Below, piece by piece: positions 30,628-41,213 of a DNA stretch of 55,925 nt. The notes below the pieces were generated by a model that saw only the letters and a list, made by a program, of their open reading frames with translations, did no database searches and was not told where the DNA came from. Made by a program: the position numbers and the translations under genes. The stretch spans positions 1-55,925 of the forward strand of contig CALVLC010000024.1 in assembly GCA_944336335.1 (NCBI GenBank), in the 5' to 3' direction. Each line of letters opens with the position of its first letter. The stretch's first letter is position 1. The stretch comes from an uncultured Bacilli bacterium (GTDB lineage: Bacteria; Bacillota_I; Bacilli_A; RFN20; CAG-826).

Positions 30628-31926
30628 CTAAGTTAAATCAATTTCTTCAACTAGCAAATCATAAACAAATGAATTAGTAACTTTAACATCTATTACATCT
30701 CCAACTTGATGTTCTTTTTTCTTTAATAAAATAACTTTTCCATCAACATCATCTGGAGCATTAAAATCGCAACTTAATAAATATTCATTATTTTTTTCTG
30801 CAATTACTAAAGCCTTAAATTCTCTTCCGATCATTTCTTTATTAAGTGAGTAAGAAATTTTAGCCTGCATCTCCATGATTTCTTGTTTTCTTTTAATCAT
30901 TGTTGATTCTCTAACTTGATGAGGAAGTGAATATGCTCTAGTTCCTTCTTCTCTAGAATAAGTAAAAACACCTAAATGGTTAAACTTAAATTCATTAATA
31001 AATGATTTAAGTTCTTCAAATTCTTTCTTAGTTTCTCCTGGGAAGCCAACAATTAGAGTCGTTCTTAAAATAGCGTCTGGAATTTCTTTTTTTATTTTCT
31101 TTAAAAGCTCAATGATTGTTTCTTTATCATCTTTACGATTCATGGCTTTTAATAAACGATTATTTACATGCTGCAAAGGAATATCAAAATAATGTGAGCA
31201 CTTTGGATGTGTCTTTATAAATTCAATAAGTTCATCATTAATTCCTTCAGGATATAAATATAAAGTTTTGATAAATTCAATCTCAGGAATTTCATTTAAT
31301 TCTCTCAATAAGTCTACTAAACTAAGCTTTTTTCCTTTAAAATCCTTACCATAACTTGTTGGATCTTGAGCAATTAGGACTAATTCTTTGACGCCATGTT
31401 TAGCTACTTTTTTAGCATACTCCACTAACTCATCTAATGGATAAGAAACAAATCTACCTCTTATATAAGGAATTGCACAATAAGCACAAAATTTATTACA
31501 TCCTTCGGCTATTTTTAGATAAGTTATAGCTTTATCATTGTTAATTCTTTCACTAATATCAAAAGCTGGTAAAGTAACCTCATCATCGAATAATTTTGAA
31601 ATTAACCCTGGAAGTTTTGTATATTCATCTTTAAAAGGAATCCATAAATCAACTTCAGGAATTGCTTCTTTAAGTTCATCAAAATATCTTTCAACTAAGC
31701 AGCCCACAACAAATGTTTTCTTTTTATAAGTCAAACAATCTAAGATTGTATCGATATTTTCTTTTTTCGCACTTAAAATAAAGCCACAAGTATTAATAAT
31801 AATGGCATCTGCTTCTTCTAATGAAGATGTAATCTCAAAATAAGGCTTTTTAAAAAGCGCCAATATAGCTTCACTATCAACTTGGTTTTTAGCGCATCCT
31901 AAAGACACTAAAGCAATTTTCTTCAT
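30628..31926 (-). CDS. rimO: Ribosomal protein S12 methylthiotransferase
   Basis: SLGCAKNQVDSE, NTCGFI, EGCNKFCAYC, APDDVDG in the TRAM domain. Confidence 0.94.
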   Translation of the reverse strand: MKKIALVSLGCAKNQVDSEAILALFKKPYFEITSSLEEADAIIINTCGFILSAKKENIDTILDCLTYKKKTFVVGCLVERYFDELKEAIPEVDLWIPFKDEYTKLPGLISKLFDDEVTLPAFDISERINNDKAITYLKIAEGCNKFCAYCAIPYIRGRFVSYPLDELVEYAKKVAKHGVKELVLIAQDPTSYGKDFKGKKLSLVDLLRELNEIPEIEFIKTLYLYPEGINDELIEFIKTHPKCSHYFDIPLQHVNNRLLKAMNRKDDKETIIELLKKIKKEIPDAILRTTLIVGFPGETKKEFEELKSFINEFKFNHLGVFTYSREEGTRAYSLPHQVRESTMIKRKQEIMEMQAKISYSLNKEMIGREFKALVIAEKNNEYLLSCDFNAPDDVDGKVILLKKKEHQVGDVIDVKVTNSFVYDLLVEEIDLT

Positions 31927-33371
31927 CTATTAAATTTCTTATTTAAATTCTTGATAAATGGTAAAACTTCAACAAATTCAGTGAAATCTACTAATTTATA
32001 TTCCCAGTTTTGTCCACCTAAAACTCCTGGAATATTCATTCTAGAATCATTATCTTTCCACAAATAATCTTGCATTGGGATAATCGCAGTATCGCAAATT
32101 GATCCAAAAATCATATTAAAGAACTTTTCTTTAATACTTCTTCCCTTAACGCCTTCTCTTCTCATAATAATTTTAAGAAGTTCAAGTTCGTTATCTTTTA
32201 AATTTTTGTACCAACCTCTTAATGTATCGTTATCATGTGTTCCAGAATAGATAATTTGATTTTCTTTAACCTCAAATGTTGGGTTAAAAATAGTGAATTC
32301 TAAAACATTCATGCCTTTAAGGTTATATTTGTCTCTTAATTCAAGAACACTAGGGAATAAATCACCTAAATCTTCAGCAATAATGTTAATTTCAGGGTGT
32401 TTTGAGTATAAAAGATTGAATAATTCGTCACCATAAGCATGTTTCCACTCACCTTGAATAGCTGTATTGCAATCTCTATCAACTTGCCAATATGTATCAA
32501 AAGCTCTGAAGTGATCGATACGAATAATATCAAAAAGTGATGCGGCGAACTCAATTCTTTCCATCCAGAAAGTGAATCCCTCTTCTTTCATATATTCCCA
32601 ATCATAAATTGGATTTCCCCATCTTTGACCAGTTTCAGAGAAATAATCTGGTGGTACCCCAGCTACAACTTCAGGAATATCATTTTCATCAAGTTTAAAT
32701 TCATCTTGATTTGCCCAACAATCACTGCTGTTTCCACCAACATAAAATGGAATGTCGCCCATTAATGAAACACCATTTTTATTGATATATTCTTTTAACT
32801 TTTTGAATTGTTTAAAAGCAATAAATTGGCACCACTCTAAAAATAAAATTTCTTCTTCATATGGTGTAAAGTCAAATTCATGACGATAATGAGCATATCT
32901 TTCTTTTTTATCCCAATACCACCAATCTTGATAGTTATTTTTCAAACTTAAAATAGTGAATTGAGCATAATCTTCGACCCATGGGTTTTCTTTTACAAAA
33001 TTCTTAAATGGAGCCTTAACTAAAGCACCTTTGCTATTTTCGAAAGCCTCTCTTAAATATTTTTCTTTATGAGCACGAACAGCTGGGTAATCGACCAACT
33101 TTTTACTTTTATTAAAAGGTTTTAAATCGTCGATTAATCCTTCTTTTTCAAGTTCGTGTAAATCAATATAAATTGAGTCAATAGCGTGACCGCAAATTGA
33201 TTGATAAGGACTATTTCCATAACCTGTTGGATTAAGTGGGAGGATTTGCCAAATTTTAATATTTGCTTTTTTTAAATAATCAACAAATTTATAAGCATTC
33301 TCCCCGAAATCTCCAATCCCAAAATCTCCAGGAAGTGAGCTTATTGCCATTAATATTCCATTAGTTCTCAT
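31923..33371 (-). CDS. malQ: 4-alpha-glucanotransferase (GH77)
   Basis: WQILPL, GVPPDYFSETGQRWGNP, RIDHFR, AEDLG, THDNDT. Confidence 0.97.
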   Translation of the reverse strand: MRTNGILMAISSLPGDFGIGDFGENAYKFVDYLKKANIKIWQILPLNPTGYGNSPYQSICGHAIDSIYIDLHELEKEGLIDDLKPFNKSKKLVDYPAVRAHKEKYLREAFENSKGALVKAPFKNFVKENPWVEDYAQFTILSLKNNYQDWWYWDKKERYAHYRHEFDFTPYEEEILFLEWCQFIAFKQFKKLKEYINKNGVSLMGDIPFYVGGNSSDCWANQDEFKLDENDIPEVVAGVPPDYFSETGQRWGNPIYDWEYMKEEGFTFWMERIEFAASLFDIIRIDHFRAFDTYWQVDRDCNTAIQGEWKHAYGDELFNLLYSKHPEINIIAEDLGDLFPSVLELRDKYNLKGMNVLEFTIFNPTFEVKENQIIYSGTHDNDTLRGWYKNLKDNELELLKIIMRREGVKGRSIKEKFFNMIFGSICDTAIIPMQDYLWKDNDSRMNIPGVLGGQNWEYKLVDFTEFVEVLPFIKNLNKKFNR

Positions 33372-33378
33372 ACGAAAA

Positions 33379-33407
33379 ATTATATGTAAATATTATTATG
33401 TTGTAAA
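33379..33407 (-). promoter_or_regulatory. Promoter of malQ-rimO-ABC, predicted leaderless
   Basis: TTTACA-N17-TATAAT ending 7 nt before the ATG; no SD sequence. Confidence 0.65.
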
Positions 33408-33774
33408 CATAATAATTAGACTAAATATATACTATAAATCTACTAAAAACCTACTACTAAATCAAAAAAGCCTGCAAAAGTTAACTTTTTTAATTCAAAA
33501 ACATCAAGTATCAAATATTTAAATAGAACTAAGTTTAGATGGCAATTAAATCATAATTAATAAATAATCTGTCCTACTATATCAACATTCAATAAAACTT
33601 ATTTCATTTTTCACATAAGAAGTTTGATTTAATTATGAACAAGAAATATCTAACAATCTTCTCACGTTAGAGTCTGATAAATTTAAACCTTCAATAGATG
33701 AATTCTTTTTTTCTATAAAGAACTTATTTTTCCTATGATTTTTATAAATCTTATTATCTATGAAAATTTAAATA

Positions 33775-33804
33775 TTGACAGTTGAACAATTGTTCAACTA
33801 TACT
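33775..33804 (+). promoter_or_regulatory. Promoter with perfect 20-bp palindromic ArsR/SmtB-type operator
   Basis: TTGACA-N18-TATACT; AGTTGAACAATTGTTCAACT (33780-33799) fills the spacer. Confidence 0.85.
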
Positions 33805-33824
33805 ATTTACAAGGAGGAAGATTT

Positions 33825-34172
33825 ATGCCAACTGATACACCAATTGTAAATGAAGAAAAAGTAAAAAAGACTCTCAAAAACATGATTAGTGATACTGAGA
33901 TATACTCAATTAGTGACTTTTTTAAGATTTTTGGTGATTCTACTAGATTAAAAATTATTTGGGCGTTAGATGATAACCCGCTTTGTGTGGGCGATTTATG
34001 TAATGTTTGTAACATTACAAAAAGCGCTGCTTCCCATCAACTTAACATTTTAAAAACAAATAAAATTGTTAAGTATAAAAAACAAGGGAAAAACGTTATT
34101 TATTCACTTGACGATGAACACGTTTCACTCATCATCGAAACAGCTAGAAGGCACCTAAATGAAGGGGAATAA
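33825..34172 (+). CDS. ArsR/SmtB family metal-responsive repressor
   Basis: FKIFGDSTRLKI, LCVGDL, SAASHQL, YSLDDEHV. Confidence 0.95.
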   Translation: MPTDTPIVNEEKVKKTLKNMISDTEIYSISDFFKIFGDSTRLKIIWALDDNPLCVGDLCNVCNITKSAASHQLNILKTNKIVKYKKQGKNVIYSLDDEHVSLIIETARRHLNEGE

Positions 34173-34176
34173 TCTT

Positions 34177-34392
34177 ATGAAAATGACTTTTAAATTTGAA
34201 GGAATTGATTGTGCAGTTTGTGCACTTAAACTAGAAGAGAAAATAAAAAAACAAGAATATGTTAACGATTGTTCGATTAATTTTCTCGCTTCAAGAATGG
34301 ATTTAGACATAAAAGATAAAGATGATTTAGAAAAAATAGTCAAAATTTGCAGCGATTTTGAAGATGGTGTAACTATAAAACGCATCAAATAA
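34177..34392 (+). CDS. Stand-alone heavy-metal-associated (HMA) domain protein
   Basis: GIDCAVCALKLE motif; start at Met7 behind GAAGGGG; precedes the P1B ATPase. Confidence 0.88.
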   Translation: MKMTFKFEGIDCAVCALKLEEKIKKQEYVNDCSINFLASRMDLDIKDKDDLEKIVKICSDFEDGVTIKRIK

Positions 34393-34393
34393 T

Positions 34394-36304
34394 ATGAAAA
34401 AGAAATTTGATTTTTATTCATTAATTCTTGCAACTATTGTTACAATCGTCTTGCTAGTCGTCCATATTTTATGGGGCGAAGTTGACTTAGGCATTAATAA
34501 TTTAAATACTTTAGTCATTCTGCCTATATCTCTTATCTTTTATCTTTTAGTCTCTTATGATCTTTTTATTGAAGCATTCAAAAAAATTAAACATAAACAA
34601 TTTTTCGATGAAGTTACTTTATCTTTAATTGCTACTATAGCGGCATTTGCAATCGGAGAATATGTTGAAGCTCTTGCTGTTGTTGTTTTCTTTCAAATCG
34701 GCGAAAGATTTGAAAAATACGCAGTTGATAAAAGCCGCAACTCAATTAAATCTATATTAAATTTAAGACCAGATAAGGTTACTTTATATAATAACGAAAT
34801 TGAACAAGTCGTCGAACCATTTGACGTTAATATCGGCGATCAATTTATTGTTAAGTCTGGCGAAAGAGTTCCAATTGATGGAATTGTTTTAAAAGGCAAA
34901 TCAACACTTGATACTTCTTCAATGACCGGTGAAAGTATTCCAAGAACCATTAAAGAGGGTGAGGAAATTATTAGCGGTGTAGTTAACTTAGGTTCACCAC
35001 TTATTATCAAAGCCACAAAAGAATTTTATAATTCCACTGTTTCCAAAATGTTGGATTTAGTTGAAAACGCATCTTCTCAAAAAGCTAATCCTGAGAAATT
35101 TATTACAAAATTCGCTAAAATATATACTCCTATTGTAATTGCTCTTGCTTTTATTGTTGCAATTCTTCCACCATTAATTATCGATTATTCAAATCCAAAC
35201 GTCTGGGCAAATTACGTAAGAACAGCTGCAAGTTTTTTAGTTATTAGTTGCCCTTGCGCTCTTGTTTTAAGTGTTCCAATGAGTTACTTTGTTAGCTTAG
35301 GTGAAGCTAGTAAATTGAAAGTGTTAATCAAAGGATCAACTTATCTTGATAAATTTACAAAATTAAAAAATATTGTCTTAGATAAAACAGGCACAATTAC
35401 AAAAGGTAATTTTAAAGTTAATAAAATTAGCCCTGAAAACGGATGCACAAAAGAAGACTTATTAGAATTGGCACAATATGGTGAATATTTCTCAAACCAT
35501 CCAATAGCAATTGCGATATTATCCGATAATAAAGAAAAACTTGATAAATCTTTGTTAACAAATTATCAAGAAATTGAAGGACAGGGAATTAAAGTAGATT
35601 TTAAAGATAAAGGACTTCTTGTAGGTAACGCAAAATTATTAAGAAAATATAATATTGAATTTAATCCTGTAGATACTCCATTTACATTAATTTATGTGTC
35701 TTACGACCATAAATATCTTGGAAATATTGAAATCAAAGATCAAATCAAAGAAACTTCCGTTAAAGCTATTGATAATTATCATAAAAACGGTATCAAAAAC
35801 GTTATTATGTTAACAGGTGATAATGAAAAAATTGCTGAAGCCGTTTCAAAAGAAGCTCATGTTGATAAATATTATGCAAATTTATTACCACTTGATAAGA
35901 CAAACAAACTAGAAGAAATTATTGATTCCAGTGCTAAAAATATAACTGCATTTATCGGAGATGGCGTTAATGATGCGCCTAGTTTAACAAAAGCCGATAT
36001 CGGAATTTCAATGGGAGGAATCGGAAGCGATATCACGATTGATTCAAGTGATGTAGTTATTATGGATGATGATTTAGATAAAGTTAATAAAGTGGTAAAA
36101 ATAGCTAAAAATAATAAGCTGACCGTTATTCAGAATATTGTGTTTGCTTTATTAATAAAATTAGTTGTAATGATTTTATCTTTGCTGCCAAACTTACCAA
36201 TTGCCCCTTACATAATGTGGTTTGCAATTTTTGCAGATGTCGGCGTTACAGTAATTTGTGTATTAAATTCTTTAAGATTATCGTTACATTTTAAGACTAG
36301 ATAA
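34394..36304 (+). CDS. cadA: Zn/Cd/Pb-translocating P1B-type ATPase
   Basis: TGES, SCPCAL, DKTGT, GDGVNDAP, FADVG. Confidence 0.92.
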   Translation: MKKKFDFYSLILATIVTIVLLVVHILWGEVDLGINNLNTLVILPISLIFYLLVSYDLFIEAFKKIKHKQFFDEVTLSLIATIAAFAIGEYVEALAVVVFFQIGERFEKYAVDKSRNSIKSILNLRPDKVTLYNNEIEQVVEPFDVNIGDQFIVKSGERVPIDGIVLKGKSTLDTSSMTGESIPRTIKEGEEIISGVVNLGSPLIIKATKEFYNSTVSKMLDLVENASSQKANPEKFITKFAKIYTPIVIALAFIVAILPPLIIDYSNPNVWANYVRTAASFLVISCPCALVLSVPMSYFVSLGEASKLKVLIKGSTYLDKFTKLKNIVLDKTGTITKGNFKVNKISPENGCTKEDLLELAQYGEYFSNHPIAIAILSDNKEKLDKSLLTNYQEIEGQGIKVDFKDKGLLVGNAKLLRKYNIEFNPVDTPFTLIYVSYDHKYLGNIEIKDQIKETSVKAIDNYHKNGIKNVIMLTGDNEKIAEAVSKEAHVDKYYANLLPLDKTNKLEEIIDSSAKNITAFIGDGVNDAPSLTKADIGISMGGIGSDITIDSSDVVIMDDDLDKVNKVVKIAKNNKLTVIQNIVFALLIKLVVMILSLLPNLPIAPYIMWFAIFADVGVTVICVLNSLRLSLHFKTR

Positions 36305-36323
36305 CTACTAGAAATCTACTAAT

Positions 36324-36357
36324 ACCCGCAAAAATCTTTATGTTTTGCGGGTTTTTT
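36324..36357. terminator. Intrinsic terminator between cadA and sdaA
   Basis: ACCCGCAAAA..TTTTGCGGGT followed by a T run. Confidence 0.8.
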
Positions 36358-36369
36358 ATTACTAAATAA

Positions 36370-37578
36370 CTACTTTTTAATAATTTTGGCTAACCCACCA
36401 ATCGAAGTTTCTTTATAATCTTTAGATAGGCTGTCTCCAGTTATCTTCATAGCTTTTACTACTTCATCAAAACTAACTTTATTTCTTCTTAATATAGAAA
36501 TATCTTTTGCATAAATGTAAGAGATTAAACTTCGCAAAGCGCCAATGCCGTTTCTTTCAATACAAGGAATTTGAACATAACCATTGACTGGATCACAAGT
36601 TAAACCTAAAAAGTGCTCAAGTGCAAGTTCACTAGCATATTCTATTTGATAAACAGACATGTCGTGCAAATAGCAAAGTGCACCACTCGCTATTGCTGAT
36701 GCTGTGCCTATCTCTGCTTGGCAACCTAAAGTTGCTCCACTTATTGAGGCGTTTTTAATAACAATGTTCGTTAATAATCCTGCAACCTTTAAAGCACCAA
36801 CAATTTTATCAATATTAATATTATTATGTTTATATTCATAATATAAAATTGATGGCAAAACTCCACAACTGCCACAAGTAGGTGCCGTTACAACTAAGTC
36901 ACCATCCGCATTGCCTTCACTAGCAGCATATGCATAACTTGTGATGAAAAGAATTTTCCTTTCAAACTCATCTTTTTCATCTAGGGCTTTTTCATAAATA
37001 TTTTTTGCTACTTTTTTGACTCCTAAGTTTCCTGGCAAGTAACCTTCTTTTTTTAAATTAGATTCAATTTCATGAATCATTGCTTTGAAAATCTTAAATA
37101 AAAAATCATTTACGTCTTTATCTTCAAATTCGTCAACAACATCTACTATTGAAGCAAGATTATGCTTATTCAAATAATTCTTGAGTCCGTTAAAAGAATT
37201 GAAAGGATAAATTTCTTTAGATTTTTCAATTTTTTGACCTTGTTTTAAAATATCTCCACCGCCTATAGAATAGTAACGGGTTTTATTAATAATTTTTCCA
37301 TTTTTAAAAATTGAAAAATCTAAAGTATTTGGATGATCAATATCATCAAAAGTATAATGAAAATTTATTATAGCCTTATAGTTTTCAAAAGCCTTCAACA
37401 AAATTTTATCTGTTCCATGACCTTTTCCAGTCAAAGCTAAACTTCCATATAAATCAATTACAACTTCATCAAAATCTTTATATGTATTTAAAAAATCTTT
37501 TGCTGCATTATAAGGTCCAATAGTATGTGAACTGCTCGGACCGGGGCCGATTTTGTACACTCTTTTAATAGATTCCAT
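36370..37578 (-). CDS. sdaA: L-serine dehydratase, Fe-S dependent, single chain
   Basis: GPGPSSSHT, GSLALTGKGHGTD, APTCGS, GCQAE, LGLTCDPV..VQIPCIERN. Confidence 0.95.
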   Translation of the reverse strand: MESIKRVYKIGPGPSSSHTIGPYNAAKDFLNTYKDFDEVVIDLYGSLALTGKGHGTDKILLKAFENYKAIINFHYTFDDIDHPNTLDFSIFKNGKIINKTRYYSIGGGDILKQGQKIEKSKEIYPFNSFNGLKNYLNKHNLASIVDVVDEFEDKDVNDFLFKIFKAMIHEIESNLKKEGYLPGNLGVKKVAKNIYEKALDEKDEFERKILFITSYAYAASEGNADGDLVVTAPTCGSCGVLPSILYYEYKHNNINIDKIVGALKVAGLLTNIVIKNASISGATLGCQAEIGTASAIASGALCYLHDMSVYQIEYASELALEHFLGLTCDPVNGYVQIPCIERNGIGALRSLISYIYAKDISILRRNKVSFDEVVKAMKITGDSLSKDYKETSIGGLAKIIKK

Positions 37579-37823
37579 TAATTTCCAACACCTTTAAATA
37601 AATCACTTAAACTAATACCTAAACCTGTAGCTATTTTAGCTAAAATTTTAACAGTAGGGTTTCGACAGCCTCTTTCGAGGTCGCTTAAATAATTTTTATT
37701 AACACCACTTTCTAAAGCCAAATCTTCTTGGGACATTTTTCGGCTAACCCTTAAATATTGAATTCTCTTCCCAAGTTCATAGTTAGCATCTATTTCTTCA
37801 TTGATTCTTTTCATAGTTTTCAA
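37578..37823 (-). CDS. XRE-family HTH regulator
   Basis: MSQEDLA..YLSDLERG.RNPT. Confidence 0.92.
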   Translation of the reverse strand: MKTMKRINEEIDANYELGKRIQYLRVSRKMSQEDLALESGVNKNYLSDLERGCRNPTVKILAKIATGLGISLSDLFKGVGN

Positions 37824-38757
37824 CCATTTTTCTTAATTTAATAAATAAATGATTAACATTGCTCTTTGAAACTGTTTCATCAAGTTCTTCAGATATTATT
37901 TGAGCAAGTTCACTATAATTTGCTTCAGGATTAGCTAGACGAGCTTTGCATAAAGCTTTTAACTTCGCGTTTTGTAAATTATCAACTCCAAGTTTTTTCT
38001 CAACAACGCTAATTTCTTCAATTTGCTTTTTCGAATTTTCGATGGTTTTTTTAAAATTATAAGAATCACAATTCATTAAACGATTAGTTGAATTAGAAAA
38101 ATCGCGATCCATTCTAATATTTTCAAATTCTAAACAAGAATTATCTGCATTAATAAAAGCTAAAAAATTAACAATTTGATCACTTCTTTTTAAATAAATT
38201 AAATATTTATTACGCCTTTTTATCATCTTAAATTCAAACTTAACTGACTTAATTTTATTAATCATTTTTAAAAGTGAATGTGTATAATTTTCGTCGTTAA
38301 CGACTAATTCAAGATGATAATTTGATGAAACTGGATTTGTGCAGCTCCCACTTGCTAAAAAAGTACCGATTAAATAGCCTTTTATTTTTTCTTCTTTATC
38401 TTGAAGTTCATAAGGAATTTTATCTTCTAACAAGTCCATTTTTAAGTCTTTGAATAAATCATGCACGCCACCATTAATATTTATAAGATACTCAGTTGCT
38501 TTATATAATTTCATACTTTTACGAAAAGAAAATGATATTAATAAAAAAGGATAGTTTTCTTTCAAAAGTCTATAAATATATTTTGCTGTCGAAGATGTTT
38601 CCGTTTTTAAAATTAATCGGTCATTATCTTTAGAAAAGACAACATTTCCATTAAGTTTAATGAACGCACCTATGACAGATTTTGCACAATTTTTTGAGAT
38701 GTCTTTTTGAGCGAGTTCATCCTTTATTGCATGTGTAAACGATATTTTGTCATTCAT
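37798..38757 (-). CDS. whiA: DNA-binding protein WhiA
   Basis: SFTHAIKDEL, FLASGS..P..YHLE, YLKRSDQI, NRLMNCD, SKSNVNH. Start placed at Met6 of the ORF. Confidence 0.93.
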   Translation of the reverse strand: MNDKISFTHAIKDELAQKDISKNCAKSVIGAFIKLNGNVVFSKDNDRLILKTETSSTAKYIYRLLKENYPFLLISFSFRKSMKLYKATEYLININGGVHDLFKDLKMDLLEDKIPYELQDKEEKIKGYLIGTFLASGSCTNPVSSNYHLELVVNDENYTHSLLKMINKIKSVKFEFKMIKRRNKYLIYLKRSDQIVNFLAFINADNSCLEFENIRMDRDFSNSTNRLMNCDSYNFKKTIENSKKQIEEISVVEKKLGVDNLQNAKLKALCKARLANPEANYSELAQIISEELDETVSKSNVNHLFIKLRKMVENYEKNQ

Positions 38758-38846
38758 ACAAATATAATACACTAATAAGTGTAAAAAGTGAGAAAAAACC
38801 TTTTAATTCCCTACCAAAATAATTGATAAATCAGTAAAATATTTAT

Positions 38847-39866
38847 ATGACTAAGCCGAAAAGTAGAAAAGATATTTACATATTGATTTGCTATATATTA
38901 GCAATCATTTTATTAATAATTTCTTCTTGTTTACCATTTGTTATAGCTAATGATCAACAAGTCTTTTTAGTCCATTTCTTTAATCCAACAAGTCACGCTT
39001 ATAATGGACGAATTGAAAGTGCTTATGGAATTATTTTACCTATTCTAGTTTTTGCTAGTTTATTGATAGATTTTATTAATTTCAAAACTCACGAATTAAA
39101 AAAGAATGCTTTTAATACTTGTTTTAAAATAACCTTACTTGCAACTTTTATTTTTACTATCATGAATTATTTTCGAGTAATTTATCCAGATGGTTTTATT
39201 GTAAGTGGCGATGTTTCGATCTTGCAAACTGGATTTTATTTATTTGTTTTTTTCTTAATATTATTATTTGCAATCATCGTTTTAAAAGTAAATGAACTTT
39301 ATCACATTCAAAAAGATAACAATAAAGATCTTGTTGTTAATCACGATAAAAGGAGAAAACAATATTACATAGTCATTAGAGTCTTCTCTTTTATTTCGAT
39401 GTTTTGTGTAATTTCACTTCTTTTTGTACCATATGCCCGAAACTATCAAAATTATATGTTTGAAGAAGGTTTTGAAACGATTTTAGATAAAAGAACAAGT
39501 ATTGATTATTATATTTTTGCAATGTTTGATAAAGATTTTAACTTAAATATTTTAGGATTCTTGCTTATTTATTTAGCTTGTTTTATTCCAACAACGCTTC
39601 TTCTACCTCCACGTAAAACAACATTTATGCAAATCTTAATTTGTTCTATTTTTGAAATAATTCTATATGTCATCGCTTTACTTATTGCTAGTGAAAACTA
39701 TTTATTGATACCGCCAAAACTATCTCTTCAAATAGATTGGATTTCTCTTGTTTTCTTATCTATAAATTTTTTATCGCTGTTTATGTTAGTTATTTTTACA
39801 TCATTATTAATTAATTATCGTCGTAAGGAACTTAAAGATGTTGCTCGAAACGTTAGCGAATTATAA
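38847..39866 (+). CDS. Hypothetical multi-pass membrane protein
   Basis: About 8 hydrophobic segments in two similar halves; no recognised motif. Confidence 0.7.
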   Translation: MTKPKSRKDIYILICYILAIILLIISSCLPFVIANDQQVFLVHFFNPTSHAYNGRIESAYGIILPILVFASLLIDFINFKTHELKKNAFNTCFKITLLATFIFTIMNYFRVIYPDGFIVSGDVSILQTGFYLFVFFLILLFAIIVLKVNELYHIQKDNNKDLVVNHDKRRKQYYIVIRVFSFISMFCVISLLFVPYARNYQNYMFEEGFETILDKRTSIDYYIFAMFDKDFNLNILGFLLIYLACFIPTTLLLPPRKTTFMQILICSIFEIILYVIALLIASENYLLIPPKLSLQIDWISLVFLSINFLSLFMLVIFTSLLINYRRKELKDVARNVSEL

Positions 39867-40728
39867 CCCATTTCCATTTCCTGTCACGGAGCAATTAAAA
39901 CCTTGGTGTTTATCAATAACACTTCTTTTTCTTTTCTTTGTTATCTTCATTTATCCTTTAATGTTTTATTTAGGTAGAAAAGCCAGAAACAACAATAAAA
40001 TTCGTGACTATTTTACGATGGCTATAGGGTTATTTTTAATTTCTACTGAAATTTATAAGCAACTTCTTTTTGCATATCATTATAACTTTCAAGGCGATTA
40101 CCACTGGTCTCTTTTTCCTTTCCAGCTCTGTTCTATTCCAATGTATACAGCCGCAATAATGCCTCTAACTAGAAATGAAAAATTAAGAAAATCGCTTTTT
40201 GCTTTTATGGCTTTATATGGAATGCTTGGTGGAATTGCTGTAACTTTATTCCAAAGTAGTGTTTTAACTTGGGAAGATTATTCATTAGATTATCAATCAA
40301 TAATTTGGCATTTTGGTCTAGTTGCATTAGGTATTTATAGTGCAACTTACTTAAATATTGGTTCAATAAAATTCAAAGAAACTTTAAAAATTTATGAATA
40401 CGGTACTTTTACTTTTCTTTTTTTCTTAGTAGTTGCCGAAATTATAAATCTACTTATCATTTTAAACCATGGATATAACGAATTTACTGCCGGTGGAAAT
40501 ATGTTCTACATTTCAATGTTTATGTTTAATCTTGCGATTCCTGTTTTAAGTACAGTTACTTCAACTTGTGGATGGTACATAGGTTTTATTGGATATACTT
40601 TCGCACTTATGGCTGGTGCATTTTTAATCTTTTCAACTTATTTTGGCTTAAATAAACTTACCTTAAAAATATTATCTAATGAAAAAGTTAAAGAAACATT
40701 ATCTAAACTAAAAAGAAAAGAGTCTTAA
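39838..40728 (+). CDS. YwaF/TMEM164-like integral membrane protein
   Basis: PFQLCSIPMY motif, IWH, NMFYI; multiple TM helices. Confidence 0.8.
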   Translation: MLLETLANYNPFPFPVTEQLKPWCLSITLLFLFFVIFIYPLMFYLGRKARNNNKIRDYFTMAIGLFLISTEIYKQLLFAYHYNFQGDYHWSLFPFQLCSIPMYTAAIMPLTRNEKLRKSLFAFMALYGMLGGIAVTLFQSSVLTWEDYSLDYQSIIWHFGLVALGIYSATYLNIGSIKFKETLKIYEYGTFTFLFFLVVAEIINLLIILNHGYNEFTAGGNMFYISMFMFNLAIPVLSTVTSTCGWYIGFIGYTFALMAGAFLIFSTYFGLNKLTLKILSNEKVKETLSKLKRKES

Positions 40729-41213
40729 TTTTGACTATTTAAGACTCCATTCACTTCGTTTGTGCCGACATAAACTTTATTAACTTTATGGTCAACAATT
40801 TCATAAATTGTAGGTGTGCCAATAAAATATGTATCTTCTAATGTTGATGGTTTATCGTTTTCCATCTCTCTAACTAGCACTTCATAGTTATAATTTTCAG
40901 GCTTCATCTTAAACTTATTTCTATTTTCTTGACGATTTCCTTCATTCATATCGAACAAAAATAATGGAATTTCAACGCCTTCATTATTTTGCTTATCTAA
41001 ATAATTAAAAATAGTCGTTTTTGTTCCGATACAATGCGGACAATCTATTTGATATAGCTCTATAAAATAGAAATCATAATCTAAGGAAAAGAACTCATCT
41101 AAAGAAGTAAGATGATTTTCTTCGTATTCATCGTAGTTTCTAGTTTCCTCAACTTGCGGTGCACAAGAAACTAAAGTCAATAAACATAAACTTAATAATA
41201 CTGTTCTTTTCAT
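40725..41213 (-). CDS. Thioredoxin-fold lipoprotein
   Basis: Lipobox LVSC, CPHC, GTPT. Confidence 0.8.
   Translation of the reverse strand: MKRTVLLSLCLLTLVSCAPQVEETRNYDEYEENHLTSLDEFFSLDYDFYFIELYQIDCPHCIGTKTTIFNYLDKQNNEGVEIPLFLFDMNEGNRQENRNKFKMKPENYNYEVLVREMENDKPSTLEDTYFIGTPTIYEIVDHKVNKVYVGTNEVNGVLNSQN

Noticed and set aside
23226-31926. TGA=Trp (Mycoplasma code 4)
   Set aside because: TGA terminates genes in ATGA overlaps (23226-23229, 31923-31926), and conserved Trp residues use TGG.
33408-33774. Long intergenic gaps (also 9564-9920 and 42344-42660) as hidden ncRNA or riboswitch
   Set aside because: Extremely AT-rich, with no recognisable riboswitch or T-box motif or stable stem beyond the short dispersed motif reported.
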